From Octopus sinensis (Eukaryota): a stretch of DNA of 64,000 bases. Of the stretch, positions 12,700-26,149 are shown in pieces (the first letter of the stretch is position 1; every line of letters starts with the position of its first letter). Below the pieces are notes generated by a model, which worked only from the letters and a program-made list of their open reading frames with translations, was not told the DNA's origin and searched no databases. The stretch covers positions 87,172,001-87,236,000 of the forward strand of contig NC_042999.1 of assembly GCF_006345805.1 (NCBI RefSeq). The letters run 5' to 3'. Both the position numbers and the translations under genes were made by a program.

Positions 12700-13110
12700 T
12701 ATGTGCAGCTGTTGTGGAGGTGGTATCACAATCTGTGGGCATAGGATTGGTCAACTGATAATTACAGATTTTGCTCATCAGAAGGTGGTCTCCAGCATGA
12801 CTGAATGAATATGATTGCAACTACAAGTGGTCAAAATGTGGTTCTTTCAAAAAATGCCTGGAGTAACATTATTTGACAGGGTTCATAACTCGGAAGTCAG
12901 GGAGTCTCTCCAGGTGGGGCTGTTACTTCTTCAAATTGAGAAGTCACAACTCCACTACTACAGACATGTGATGAGAATACTGCAGAAAATAAAACACAAG
13001 GCCCATTCTTCAAGACAAGCCAACTGGCAGGAGACCTAGGGGAAGATCAGTCATTCACAACTGGGGTCCATATAACCCTTGGGGGATGCATGTCCATATG
13101 AGAAATTTGG
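12700..13110 (+). mobile_element. RTE-type LINE RT C-terminal fragment
   Basis: KMWFFQKMPGVTLFDRVHNSEVRESLQVGLLLLQIEKSQLHYYRHVMR resembles the EMRFLRRI..DRVRN..R-QLRWYGHV-R motif. Confidence 0.7.
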
Positions 13111-13987
13111 GAATCCAAGCAAACAAAATGGTAACTTGAGGATCCTACAGCAGTATGTTAAGGGTCCATTAAAAAATTTTGCTTTTTATGTATTTATTGC
13201 AACAGCTACATTTCTTTCTCTAATGTTTTACATAGTTCAATATATATATATATCAAAATAAGCAACAAGGATATCCAGAGGTAATGCAGTACGATTGTTT
13301 CATGCGACTCCATTTAATTGAACAATGCAAACAATTGTACTGCATTACCTCTGGATATCCTTGTTGGTTATTTTGATTATAATCACCCCATTTTGAATTA
13401 TATGGATAATACCATACCAAATTCTGGTGCCTTTAACTTAAGTACCATAGTCATCTGAATCTAAACTTTACTGAACTTATATATATATATATATGTAAAA
13501 GTAGGTGTGGCAGTGTGTATATATATGCATATATACATATATGTACATACTTACACATAAATACGTATATACATATGCATATATAGGCACAGATGTCACA
13601 GAATGTAAACATGAAATACGAAATATGAAAACATGGAATACAAACTTTTTTTGCAAACAATGAAAGAAACAAATGCATTTCAAGCAAACTGTAAATTGCT
13701 CGAAATACGGTGTAGAAAAACAACCAACAACTGATGAAGGATCATTCTTTATGATGCTTGTCTTGTTTTCCATTTCTTTCATTGTTCGCAGAAAAAAAGT
13801 TTGTATTCCATGTTTTCATATTTCGTTTTTCATATTGTTTACGTTCTGTGATGTCTTGTGCCCATATATGCATATGTATATACATATTTATGTAAGTATG
13901 TACATCATCATCATCATCATCATCGTTCGCTTTCCATGCTATATGTATGTTTATATGCATATATATGCATATATGTGTATGTATATA

Positions 13988-14024
<37 letters not shown>

Positions 14025-14252
14025 TTTCAGTAAAAGTATATATATATATATATATATAAATAATTAGATATAGACTAATATGGATATTAGAATATGGATT
14101 TTCTACCTTATAAATTAAAGTTAATATTTAACATTATAGTCGATTTCGATATAATCATATTTAATAATAGAGTTTATTATAAGTAAATTATTATTTTAGA
14201 TTATATAGATTATTTATATCTTAAAAATATTGATTATATTTTAGATTTTGAA

Positions 14253-14316
14253 ACCACCTGATGAATGTCTGCTACTCAAAAATTTGATGACAGAAGACAG
14301 GAAACGATCGTAGTGG
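14253..14316 (+). ncRNA. Type-I hammerhead ribozyme with palindromic stem III
   Basis: ccac-CTGATGA-a-tgtct...agaca-g-GAAAC-gatc-GTA-gtgg; stem I ccac/gtgg, stem III ACGATCGT. Confidence 0.7.
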
Positions 14317-14757
14317 ATATTAATTATATTTTTTAATAATTGTTACATAACTAAATAATATAAATTAATTTATGTATTGGCTTAAGTCTTTCATTGTTTG
14401 ATTTGCATAATAGTGGTTTTGTCTCTAATTTAATATAATATTATATATATATATATATATATATAAATATTATTTATATTACATGACTGAACGCCATGCA
14501 TCCATTTCCAAGTATATATATAGTTGAGGTGGGTTCTGTTAATAACATATAAGAGTACAAATAGAGCTTGTTCACCCTTAGAATTCCCAAATAGCCGGCA
14601 GTGTTCTTATGGTATGCTACCAATTCTAGTCTTAGGTATTCCTCATGTGTGAAACATTTGTAGCGATTAAAAAGCTGCCTAACTGTACTTACTCTTCTTT
14701 TTGACTTACCAAACTTATGTATATATCTATATCTGTATGTAGGTGTATATATGTGTA

Positions 14758-14789
<32 letters not shown>

Positions 14790-15261
14790 TGCATACAGAT
14801 ACACATACACATGCACACATTTATCTGTGTGTGTGTGTCTGCATGTGTGTGTTTGCATACTCCAGTCTTGACATCATGAAATAATTGTAAATGAGGAACA
14901 TTATCATACAAGCAACATTGTTTCTAGTCTTCTATGAAAAATATGTCTGCCCAAGTGGAAATATTACCTAGTTTGGAAACTCCTAAGGGTTGGTGATAAG
15001 AAGCACATCTGGCTGTAGGAAATCTGCTTCAACTATTTCTGTCTGATCCATGCAAGCATGGAAAAATGGACATTAAGTGATGATAATGACATGCAGGTGC
15101 GAGCATGTGCACACACACATACACACATGCACGGACACACAAACATGCACAAACATGCACACATGTGCACACACAAAGACATGTACATGCATAAACACAT
15201 GTAGACATATACATGTATATATGTATGCCATCATCATCATCATCATCCTTGTCATCATTAT

Positions 15262-15790
15262 TTAACGTCCATTTTTAATGCCGGCATGGGTCAGACGGTT
15301 TGACAGGAGCTGGCCAACTGAAGAATTGCCCAGACTCTGTATCTGTTTTAGCATGGTTTCAACAGCTGGATGCCCTTCCTAACACCAAACACTTTACAGA
15401 GTGTACTGGGTGCTTTTATGCAGCACCAGTCCTGGTGGCTTTACATGGCACTGGTACATGTGCTTTTTATGTAGCACCAGCACTCGCAAGTCCACAAGAT
15501 TAGGAATGCTCAGCTGGAGAGTGTTGCAGGAGACGAGCCTGTATGCAAGGACAATCAAACTTTTACTTAGCTTGATGTGACTTTTCAAGCACAGCAAACT
15601 ACCTGGAGTCTTAGACCCCTGTCATCCCCTCTTTGAGTCCTAATGCCTGTAGATCCTTCCTCACCACTTCATCCCACGTTTTCTTGGGTCTTCCCCTTCC
15701 ACATGTTCCCTCTATAATTAGAGATTAGCACCTCCTGATGCAACTGTCTTCATTCATATGATTTGCATGGCTATACCAGTACAGTCTTCT
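15262..15790 (-). mobile_element. RTE-LINE 3' fragment
   Basis: Shared RTE tail motif plus RT C-terminal remnants. Confidence 0.7.
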
Positions 15791-15926
15791 CTCTTGCACA
15801 CCACATCTGCAATATGTAAAGACTACTTTCTCTGTCAGTCTCCCAGTGATACTGCCGCACTTCTAGCACAGAAGTAGTATATAATATATAATATATATAT
15901 ATGTGTATATATATATATGTGTGTGT

Positions 15927-15969
<43 letters not shown>

Positions 15970-16388
15970 GGAGTGAGCACATTAATGTGAAACAAGGTGG
16001 AAAAAAATGTACTCAAATACCAGAGGTAGAGTAATTTGCTTTATTTAAAAGCAGCAGAAATATAACAAAAGCTTTTAAATAAAGTATATATATATATTTC
16101 GTTTTTGGATTTGGTTTGCAAGATTCTTTATATGAGTTTGTGTGTTGAAGAATATTCTGTTGTGTCTGGGGAGATTCATTTTCTTTTTGTGCCTTATAAT
16201 GTAACACACTCTCCGGTAAAATTTCCACTTATTTCTTATTTTTATTTTCCTAAAATTTTCGTTTTAGGAAAAAAAAAAAAAAGAAAAAAGTGGAAATTTT
16301 ACCGGTGAGTGTGTTATATTATAAGGCACAAAAAGAAAATGACTCTCCCCAGACACCACAGTATATATATGTGTGTGTGTGTGTGTAT

Positions 16389-16500
<112 letters not shown>

Positions 16501-17531
16501 GTGTGTAGCTATATATATATATGTAACTATATATATGTATGCATGTATGTATGTATTTATGTATGTGTGTACAAGGTTAATTCACTTCTCTCACTCCTTT
16601 CCTGTTCTACATAGCTATCTATTTAGCCATCAGCAAGTATCATCTTCGTCCAATCAAAATGTGTGTGTGTGTGTGTGTATATATCTATATATGGGTCTGT
16701 ACATAAATGTGTATGCCTTTGCATGTATGTAGGTATCTGTGTAAGCATGCATGTGTTATTATCATTGTCATCATCATTTAACGTCCGTTCCCTATGCAGG
16801 CATATATGTAAGTATGAAATTGTATGTTTGTTTGCATGCATGCGTGTGTGCATGTGTGCGTGTGTTTTGACGAAAGTAGAATTATTAGATTAATTACTTG
16901 CCTTAGTATTTATTGTATCTCATTGAAAACCTTTTTTTTTTTTTTTTACTTTAGACACAGGAGGATTTAATAGTACTATAGCCAACATTGGCTTTTATTT
17001 AGTGTTATACAGGAAACTAGTGATATGGTGGTTAAGTGCTTATCCTGGCAGAGCTTCTAATAGTAGAGTCTAGAGAGGTGGAACCAGCTACATTTTGAAA
17101 CTATATGGTAATTTTCTCTAAAATGAGTTAGTTTCAAACCGGTCTTATTACCAAGTAAGAAAATTTAAATTCTTTATTTTTAAACTTTTTAGTCTCTTCT
17201 AAAATCTGACAACGAAAAATCTTTGCAAATTCAGAAACTTAGATGAATACTTGATGTCACTTACATTTAAATGCTCTTCTCACTACTGTTCTATTTCAAA
17301 CAACCATAAATTATGACGTATATAAAGCAAGGTCAATTTGCTACTCCCCAGTGGTTACAATTTCTGTATTTAGCAAAGTAGATCAGTCATCTACAGAGAA
17401 GCCACTTTGCCTGAACAGTTAGATCCTCAACAGTAAGAACAGCTACACTGTGCCCATTCTCTGCTCATTGTACTGTACTACAAAGATCTCCGCACCTTAA
17501 TAAAAGACAAATAACCAAATCTGAAGAACCG

Positions 17532-17596
17532 TCATCATCATCATCATCGTCATCGTCATCATCATCATCATCACCACCACCACCACCACCACCACC

Positions 17597-17667
<71 letters not shown>

Positions 17668-17695
17668 CATCATCATCACCACCACCACCAAAACC

Positions 17696-17729
<34 letters not shown>

Positions 17730-17930
17730 TCATCATCACCAAAACTACCACCACCACACCACCACCACCACCACCACCACCACCAACACCACTAACACCA
17801 CCAACACCACCACCACCACCAACACCACTAACACCACCAACACCACCACCACCACCACCACCACCACCACCACCACCACCATCATCATCATTGTCATCAT
17901 CGTTGCCGTTATCATCATCATCACCACCAT

Positions 17931-17981
<51 letters not shown>

Positions 17982-17990
17982 TATCGTCAT
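17532..17990. repeat. Long compound (CAT)n/(CAC)n trinucleotide tract
   Basis: Direct inspection; it is the tail of the RTE-type element at 17990-18270. Confidence 0.95.
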
Positions 17991-18289
17991 TTAACATCTG
18001 TTTTCCATGCTGGCATGGGTTAAATTGTCTGACTGGTACTGATAAGCTGGTGGGCTGCGCCAGACTCCAGTTGTTGGTTTCGGCTTGATTTCTAAAGTTG
18101 GATAACCTTTCTAATGTCAACCACTTTACAGAGTGTACTGGGTGGCTTTCATGTGTCACCAGTACAGGTACATTTTTATGTGTTACCAGTACTGACAATG
18201 ACCACATTTCACTTAGTTTGATGTGTCTTCTCAAGCACAGCAAATCAACAGTAGTCTCAGTCGCTTGTCGTTGTCTCCATGAAGCTCAA

Positions 18290-20190
18290 CAGCAGGAGAT
18301 TATATTTAACTTACATTTGCATTTCTTGCCACAAGATAGGTTTTGCTGTAGCTCTTGACAACAGGAGATCCAGTTTCGTTTTGAAGTTATCTACATCCAT
18401 CCCATGTAGTCTTCTCATGCTTTTTGGGAGAATATTGAAGAGCTGGGGATCCTGGAAACCCAAATTGTTGGAGTATCTGGTTCTGTATCTTGATGACAAT
18501 GTTGGGATTTTTGGCACTATGCAGTGGTGCCTTGTTCTGATGTTTATGTAACTTTCAATGCCAAAGTTTGATACAAGTTTTGGTACAAGTTCCTCCAAGA
18601 TTTTCCAGATGTATATCACTGCATATCTTTACTGATTTCGTTCTAGAGTCTTAATGTTTTCAGGCTTTCCCAGTAGCTGACACATTGAGATGATCTATTT
18701 TGTGTAGCTTCACTGGATTGCTTTGAGTTTCGCCATTAATTTTGCACAGAGTGTCGATCATAGTTTGGAGCAGTAGTCTAAATGGCTGAAGAAAAATGTC
18801 CTCCAGGTGACCCTCATGGTTTCCTGTTCTCTCATCCTGAAAGTTCTAAGGATCAAGTCAGCCAGCACCTGTATTTCATTACCAACTTAGTAATATGAAT
18901 TTGAAAAGTGGCATCATTACTCATGAAAATGCCCATGTGGCACACAGATTTTGATTCAGAGACTGCAGTCTCTCCTGAACCAGTGTATCCTGTTTGCATT
19001 TCATTCAGCTTCATGTGCTGATAGTGTAGGGTTTGGAATTTTCCAGCATTAAGCTGTGTGTTATTGTGCTCAGCCTACTTGTATATTGTGTTTAACTCCT
19101 GTTGCAAGTGTGCAACATCTCCAGGGTTCTGTATCCCATGAGAGACTTTTATATTGTCTGCATAGCTAGCAAGGGTGGTTATCTGAACAGCTGAGGGCAT
19201 GTCTGAGAGAGCCACTATGAATAGCAATGACATTAAGAAAATGCCCTGTGGAATACTACTCACTCTTTGTGTTTCTGTTGGGGCAGCTCCATTGGCGTCC
19301 ACTGCCTAATTTCTATCTTCTGAAAAGTCATGTAACCACTTGCCATGTTTTGTGACATATATCATAGTCACCTTTATCAAATGCTTTTGCAAAGTTGAAA
19401 TATATTATATCTACATTTGAATTGTTGAGCAGCTGCTTTAGCACCTGTTTGTTGTAACACTGTCAGGCAGCTCCTACTTGGTTGAAAACCATGCTTTGTA
19501 CCAGTCAGCAAGGAATGCAGTTAGTTTCCTTCTAACTTTTCATTCCATGACTTTACTGATGTGTAAGGTCAGAGAGATAGGTCTATAGTTTTTAGAATCT
19601 GCTCTGCTTCCTCCTTTATGGACAGAGCATATTATTCCCTCCTTCAATTTACCTGGGAGCTTATCATTTGCAAGGAAGCTCTGAAAAATTAGCTGCTGTG
19701 ATTTTGCAAGAGTTCATTTGCATGATATGAGAAGGATTGCTGGGAATCCAGCAAGGCCAGCTGCTGAGGTTGACCAGTATCACATCTTTTTTGATGCTGA
19801 TGCAATAAATTACTACTGCTTTCCTGTTTACGAGTGCAGTGGCAAAGAACTCCACTGGTTTGTTCACTTGCCTGTGTTCCAACTGGGTAGTGAAAACACT
19901 TTTAAGCTGTTTGTTCAGTACTTCACTTATCCTTCTTCATTTTCCTATGAGGGAGCCATCCTTTTGGAGGAGGGGCCCTATTTTATAATTTACTGAGATG
20001 GTTTCTTTGGCAAAGTTAAAGAAAGCTTTAAGGATTGACTTTATATTTTTTATGATTGGGACATCTGTATCTGTTTTCTCTTTTCCATGGGATTGTTGCA
20101 AACTTTTCTTAATCTCCATTGTTGTTGTTTTCAGGCAGGACGTTTCGCAACTTTTGAGATGTTTGCTTAAGCAGTTTGCAATCTATGATG
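18290..20190 (-). mobile_element. Degraded CR1/L2-group LINE (RT and C-terminus)
   Basis: SSIPQGIFLMSLLFIVALSDMP...LASYADNIKV (PQG/YADD) and IYIWKILE..GPQLFN-like C-terminus. Confidence 0.8.
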
Positions 20191-20698
20191 ATAATATAAT
20201 ATAATATAATATAATATAATATAATATGATGCAATATATGTATATATATAGTTTATAGATGAGATCCAAATGTTCTTTTATAGAATACACTTAATAGTGC
20301 CCAAGAGATTTAAACTTGAGCGGGTTTAGAGGTAAATGTAGGGATATATAAAGTATATTAAATACATGAAATACAAAAAAAAAACTGCATATATGTATAC
20401 ATTTAAAAAGGCCCAACTTACTCAGATAACAAAGTATTACAAATCCAGCAGCTGTTTCTTGGGGCTTGGCAATCCATAATAATGTTTGTAGATAGATTTC
20501 ATCATTGGTTGAGATGAACCTCTGTCTTCAGGGAAGAAATTTTACATTTGAGATGTTAAAGGAGAGAAGTTCAAAGTTCATATATAATATGTGTGTGTTA
20601 ATAGAATGTATGTTCCTACTTACCTACCTGTTACGTAACATTAAGGGAAGAAAATTACATAGAGATGCATAGGGGAAAAGGGAGAAAGAGGAAAAGGA

Positions 20699-20752
<54 letters not shown>

Positions 20753-21529
20753 TGGACAAAGAAAGAATTAGAAAGTGATACAAGCAAGGGAAAAAAGTGA
20801 AAAGGAAGAGAGTCAAGATTCAGTCACAAAGAAAGAAGGGGAAAAAGAAGAAGATGATGATGTACCAAAGTTTGTAATTGCATCTTGAGTTATCTCATTT
20901 TCTTATTCTCCTTATTCTGTCTGTCTGTCTGTTTCCCTGTCTCTCTCACTTTCTCTCTCATTCTACAATTATTTCAAGTGGTTTTGAATTGTATCTAAGT
21001 ATGTAAGGTACTTATTTTGCTCTGAGAATGGTAAAAATATTAAAACCTTTTTGTATAGAGGTGGCTGAGTGGTAAGAAGTTTACTTCTCAACCACATGGT
21101 TCAGGTTCAGTCCCAATGTGGGGTACCCTTGGCAAGTGCTTGCTATTATAGCTTCATGTCAATCAACCAAAGCCTTGTAATATATATGTGTGTGTGTGTG
21201 TGAGTGTACATGTTTGTAAGTGTGTGTGTCTTTATGAGTGTGTGTGTGCATGTGTGTGAGTGGGGGGGTGGTGCATGCGTGTGCATACGTGTGTATATAT
21301 GTGTGTGTATCTACGTGTGTGTGTGTTATTGTTTGTATTTGTCCATCCCACCACTTTACATTCCTATAACTTGGCAGTTTGGCAAAGCAGATTGATAGAA
21401 TAAGTACCAGGATTAAAAAATAAGTACTGGTGTTGATTTGTTTGACTAAAAGCCTTCAAAGCAGCGCTCCAGCATGGCTGTAGTCTAATGACTGAAACAA
21501 GCAAAAGATAAAAGATAAAGATATATATA

Positions 21530-22652
21530 TATATATTATATATATATATATTTATATATATATGTATATATATATAGGCATGGCTGAGTGATAAGAAGCT
21601 TGCTTCCAAAAACATGGTTCTGGGTAGCTTCGGTCTGACCAAAGCCTTGTGAGTGGATCTGGTAGATAGAAACTGAAAGAAGCCCATTGTGTGTATATAT
21701 GTGTGTGTTGTGTGTGTGTGTGGTGTGTGTGTGTGTGTGTGTGGTGTGTGTGTGTGCCTGTGTGTGTGTTTGAGTCTGTGTTTGTCCACCCCACCATACT
21801 GGTTGACAACTGATGTTGGTGTGTCTATGTCCCTGTAACTTGGTAGTTCAGCAAAAGGGACTGATAGAATAAGTACTAGGCTTACAAAAAAATAAGTCAG
21901 TAGAAGGATAAAAGAATATACATGCATAGATGTATGCATGTATGCGCAATACATCTGCATGGAAAAGCATACAGAAAAAAAGATGACGATGATGATGAAG
22001 ATATTGGCAGTAGTGGTGATGATGGTGATGATGATGATTAACATATTCATGCACATGGACATATACTACATGGATAGACTGAGGAAAAGGTGGCGGGAAC
22101 AGGTGGAGGAGGGGATTGGGAGGGTTGGTTTGAAAAAGGAAGATACCCAAAACTGGGCAAGATGACGAGGTGGTGTGAGGGCGGTTGCTATGGCATTGAG
22201 ATAGATCCAGCCACCCCACCGTTAATGGGGACAAAGCCTGGATTTAAAACAATGGATGATGATGCTGATGATGAGTGTGCTAAGTAATATACATACAGCT
22301 AATATATTTGCTTATGTTCTTTGGTTCTTTAGTTTGTTTAATCCAGTCCATTATAGCCAAGGCCATGATAACGCATCTTATGTATAAAGAATTATATATA
22401 AACAGAAGACTGGAACCAAGCAGCCTGTTTTTTAACATTATTACTTTTAGCATTTGAGAGCCTTCACTGCTGTGTTCTTCAGTACAGCAGGTTTGTATTT
22501 TCACAATGTAGTTTATTTCTCTGCCACACCTAAACGGTTCCCTGCATAAACTTAGTAAATGCCATTAGAAAACATTTAGCATTTTTGTTGACTTTTCAAT
22601 CTACCCATTTCTCACCCCATGAGTACTTGTACATACATACATACATATATAC

Positions 22653-22712
<60 letters not shown>

Positions 22713-22875
22713 TATATATTATATATATATGTATATATATATAGGCATGGCTGAGTGATAAGAAGCTTGCTTCCCAAAAACATGGTTCTGGGTAGCTTCG
22801 GTCTGACCAAAGCCTTGTGAGTGGATCTGGTAGATAGAAACTGAAAGAAGCCCATTGTGTGTATATATGTGTGTG

Positions 22876-22929
<54 letters not shown>

Positions 22930-23840
22930 CTGTGTGTGTGTTTGAGTCTGTGTTTGTCCACCCCACCATACTGGTTGACAACTGATGTTGGTGTGTCTAT
23001 GTCCCTGTAACTTGGTAGTTCAGCAAAAGGGACTGATAGAATAAGTACTAGGCTTACAAAAAAATAAGTCAGTAGAAGGATAAAAGAATATACATGCATA
23101 GATGTATGCATGTATGCGCAATACATCTGCATGGAAAAGCATACAGAAAAAAAGATGACGATGATGATGAAGATATTGGCAGTAGTGGTGATGATGGTGA
23201 TGATGATGATTAACATATTCATGCACATGGACATATACTACATGGATAGACTGAGGAAAAGGTGGCGGGAACAGGTGGAGGAGGGGATTGGGAGGGTTGG
23301 TTTGAAAAAGGAAGATACCCAAAACTGGGCAAGATGACGAGGTGGTGTGAGGGCGGTTGCTATGGCATTGAGATAGATCCAGCCACCCCACCGTTAATGG
23401 GGACAAAGCCTGGATTTAAAACAATGGATGATGATGCTGATGATGAGTGTGCTAAGTAATATACATACAGCTAATATATTTGCTTATGTTCTTTGGTTCT
23501 TTAGTTTGTTTAATCCAGTCCATTATAGCCAAGGCCATGATAACGCATCTTATGTATAAAGAATTATATATAAACAGAAGACTGGAACCAAGCAGCCTGT
23601 TTTTTAACATTATTACTTTTAGCATTTGAGAGCCTTCACTGCTGTGTTCTTCAGTACAGCAGGTTTGTATTTTCACAATGTAGTTTATTTCTCTGCCACA
23701 CCTAAACGGTTCCCTGCATAAACTTAGTAAATGCCATTAGAAAACATTTAGCATTTTTGTTGACTTTTCAATCTACCCATTTCTCACCCCATGAGTACTT
23801 GTACATACATACATACATATATACATACATACATACATAT

Positions 23841-23870
<30 letters not shown>
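21530..23870. repeat. Near-identical tandem duplication, unit ~1.17 kb
   Basis: Identical ORFs offset by 1172 bp (21848/23020, 22280/23452); junctions lie in (TA)n. Confidence 0.95.
21575..21900 (+). mobile_element. tRNA-derived SINE, family B (duplicated at 22742-23070)
   Basis: ggcatggctgagtgataagaagcttgc head, internal (GT)n. Confidence 0.75.
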
Positions 23871-23894
<24 letters not shown>

Positions 23895-24275
23895 CATATA
23901 TATATATATGCACACACACACATATATATACATACATATATATATATACATGCACACACACACACACATATATATACGTACACACACACGCGCACACACG
24001 CACATACACACGCATATATGTGCATGCGAGTGTTGTGTGTCAGTATATAAATATATATGTGTGTGTATATAGATCTATATACTATATGTATATATACATA
24101 TAGATTATATAAAAGATGGATTGGTGGTTGTTAGTCGCATCAAAGCATTTATAAAACAGTTACTCAGAAGCAAGTATAAATATAATTAAGCTTAATTGTC
24201 TCTATGATACGCCTTGTCAGTCTTTACCCATTATATGCATATACACACGCATACATACATACATACATACATACA

Positions 24276-24308
<33 letters not shown>

Positions 24309-24557
24309 GAAACCATCCCTTCATGAGGTTAACACAACCTCTAATTAAATTATATATGTATATCTATCTATTTATCTATCTATATCTGTATTTATATCTA
24401 TATATATCTACACACACATACACATACACACACTCTCTCACACACACACATATACATACATGCATATATATATGTATATATTTATGTGTGTTACTTTATG
24501 AAAATTTGATTTCACACAATCACAAACACACTTACATACATATATATGATGTATAAA

Positions 24558-24609
<52 letters not shown>

Positions 24610-25105
24610 TAAATATTAGGGAATAAATCCAAATTTACAGGGAAAAAATCAGATTTAGGATTAAATCCAATTTTATAGTAAAATATTATAAAATATTATT
24701 AGAGACAAAACCACTATTTTGCAAAACAAACAAGGAAAATTTTAATAAATATATATATGTATATATGTGCATGTATGTATATATATACGTATGGAAGTGT
24801 GTATAGATATATGCATATATATATATACATCATTATCATCATCATCATCATCGTTTAACATCCACTTTCCATGCTAGCATGAGTTGGACGATTTGACTGA
24901 GGACTGGCGAACCAGATGGCTGCACCAAACTCCAGTCTTATCTGGCAGAGTTTCTACAGCTGAATGACCTTCCTAACACCAACCACTCCGAGAGTGTAGT
25001 GGGTGCTTTTATGTACCACTGGCAATATATATATATATATATACATATATAATATAAATAGCACATATATATATATGTGTATATACATACATATATGTAC
25101 ATACT

Positions 25106-25146
<41 letters not shown>

Positions 25147-25205
25147 TATATATATAAATAAATAAATAAATGGAGTTGAACGAAGATGTTAACAAAATTC
25201 CTTTA

Positions 25206-25287
25206 CTTTCAACATATGTTTCGAAGACAACATGGTTTTATTCCAAAGGAATAAACGGTGCAAGATGCAGTCTTCTCATCAGGAAAG
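25206..25287 (-). ncRNA. Type-I hammerhead ribozyme (GUU site)
   Basis: Reverse complement ctttc-CTGATGA-gaaga...tcttc-GAAAC-atat-GTT-gaaag. Confidence 0.8.
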
Positions 25288-25378
25288 GAAGGGAGCCTCT
25301 CTCAATTATTGTTTTGTTTACCATGTAGGCAGTCATCACAATTATTGTTTTGTCTTGTTGTTGAGAGAGGCTCCCTTT

Positions 25379-25460
25379 CTTTCCTGATGAGAAGATTGCA
25401 TCTTGCACCGTTTATTCCTTTGGAATAAAACCATGTTCTCTTCGAAACATATGTCGAGAG
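25379..25460 (+). ncRNA. Intact type-I hammerhead ribozyme (GUC site, predicted cut after 25455)
   Basis: ctttc-CTGATGA-gaaga...tcttc-GAAAC-atat-GTC-gagag; all core bases present, stems I and II pair, stem III palindrome ACATATGT. Confidence 0.85.
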
Positions 25461-26149
25461 TAAAGGAATTTTGTTAACATCTTCGTTCAACTCCATTTAT
25501 TTATTTATTCATATATAACACACAAATTTCTGCACATGAACCCGGAGTTTCTACCCTTGGATAGGCCGCTTCAAACGTGTTTTATGACGTGAATTTGCTA
25601 CCCTGGTATCGGTTCATCGAATTTTCCATGTTGATGGTAAACATAGGATAAGTCATTCCTCTATCGAAATATATACATATATATATGCATATATGGGTAC
25701 AGGATGTCACAAAACATAAACAACATGAAATACAAAATATGAAACTATGGAATACGGACTTTTGTATGCGAACAACAAAAGAAACAAATGGAAAACAAGA
25801 CAAGTAACATAAAGAACAACCCTTCATCAGTTGTCGGCTGTTTTTCTACTCCACATTTCATGCAATTCACGACAATTGCTCAAAATGTGGAGCAGAAAAA
25901 CAGCCGACAACTGATGAAGGTTGTTCTTTATGTTTCTTGTCTTGTTTTCCATTTGTTTCTTTTGTTGTTTGCATACAAATGTTCATATTCCATGGTTTTG
26001 TATTTCATATTTCATGTTTTTTATATTTTGTGACATCCTGTACCCATATATGCATATATATATATATATATATATATACATTATTGGTGATATATATATA
26101 TATATATAAGAGAACAAAGTGTATGTATGTTGCTATATATATATATATA

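Noticed and set aside
13731-13737. CTGATGA boxes at 13731 and 25911 as complete hammerheads
   Set aside because: No downstream stem II-GAAA-stem III in the right order; only the upstream half-motif is interpretable
17497-18243. Longest ORF (248 aa, poly-D/G/V/M)
   Set aside because: Trinucleotide tract plus RTE tail; no coding signature
20422-20521. Minus-strand exon candidate RFISTNDEIYLQTLLWIAKPQETAAGFVILCYL
   Set aside because: Good donor, but it conflicts with the strand-bias evidence and phases do not link; chance open frame not excluded (RNA-seq would decide)
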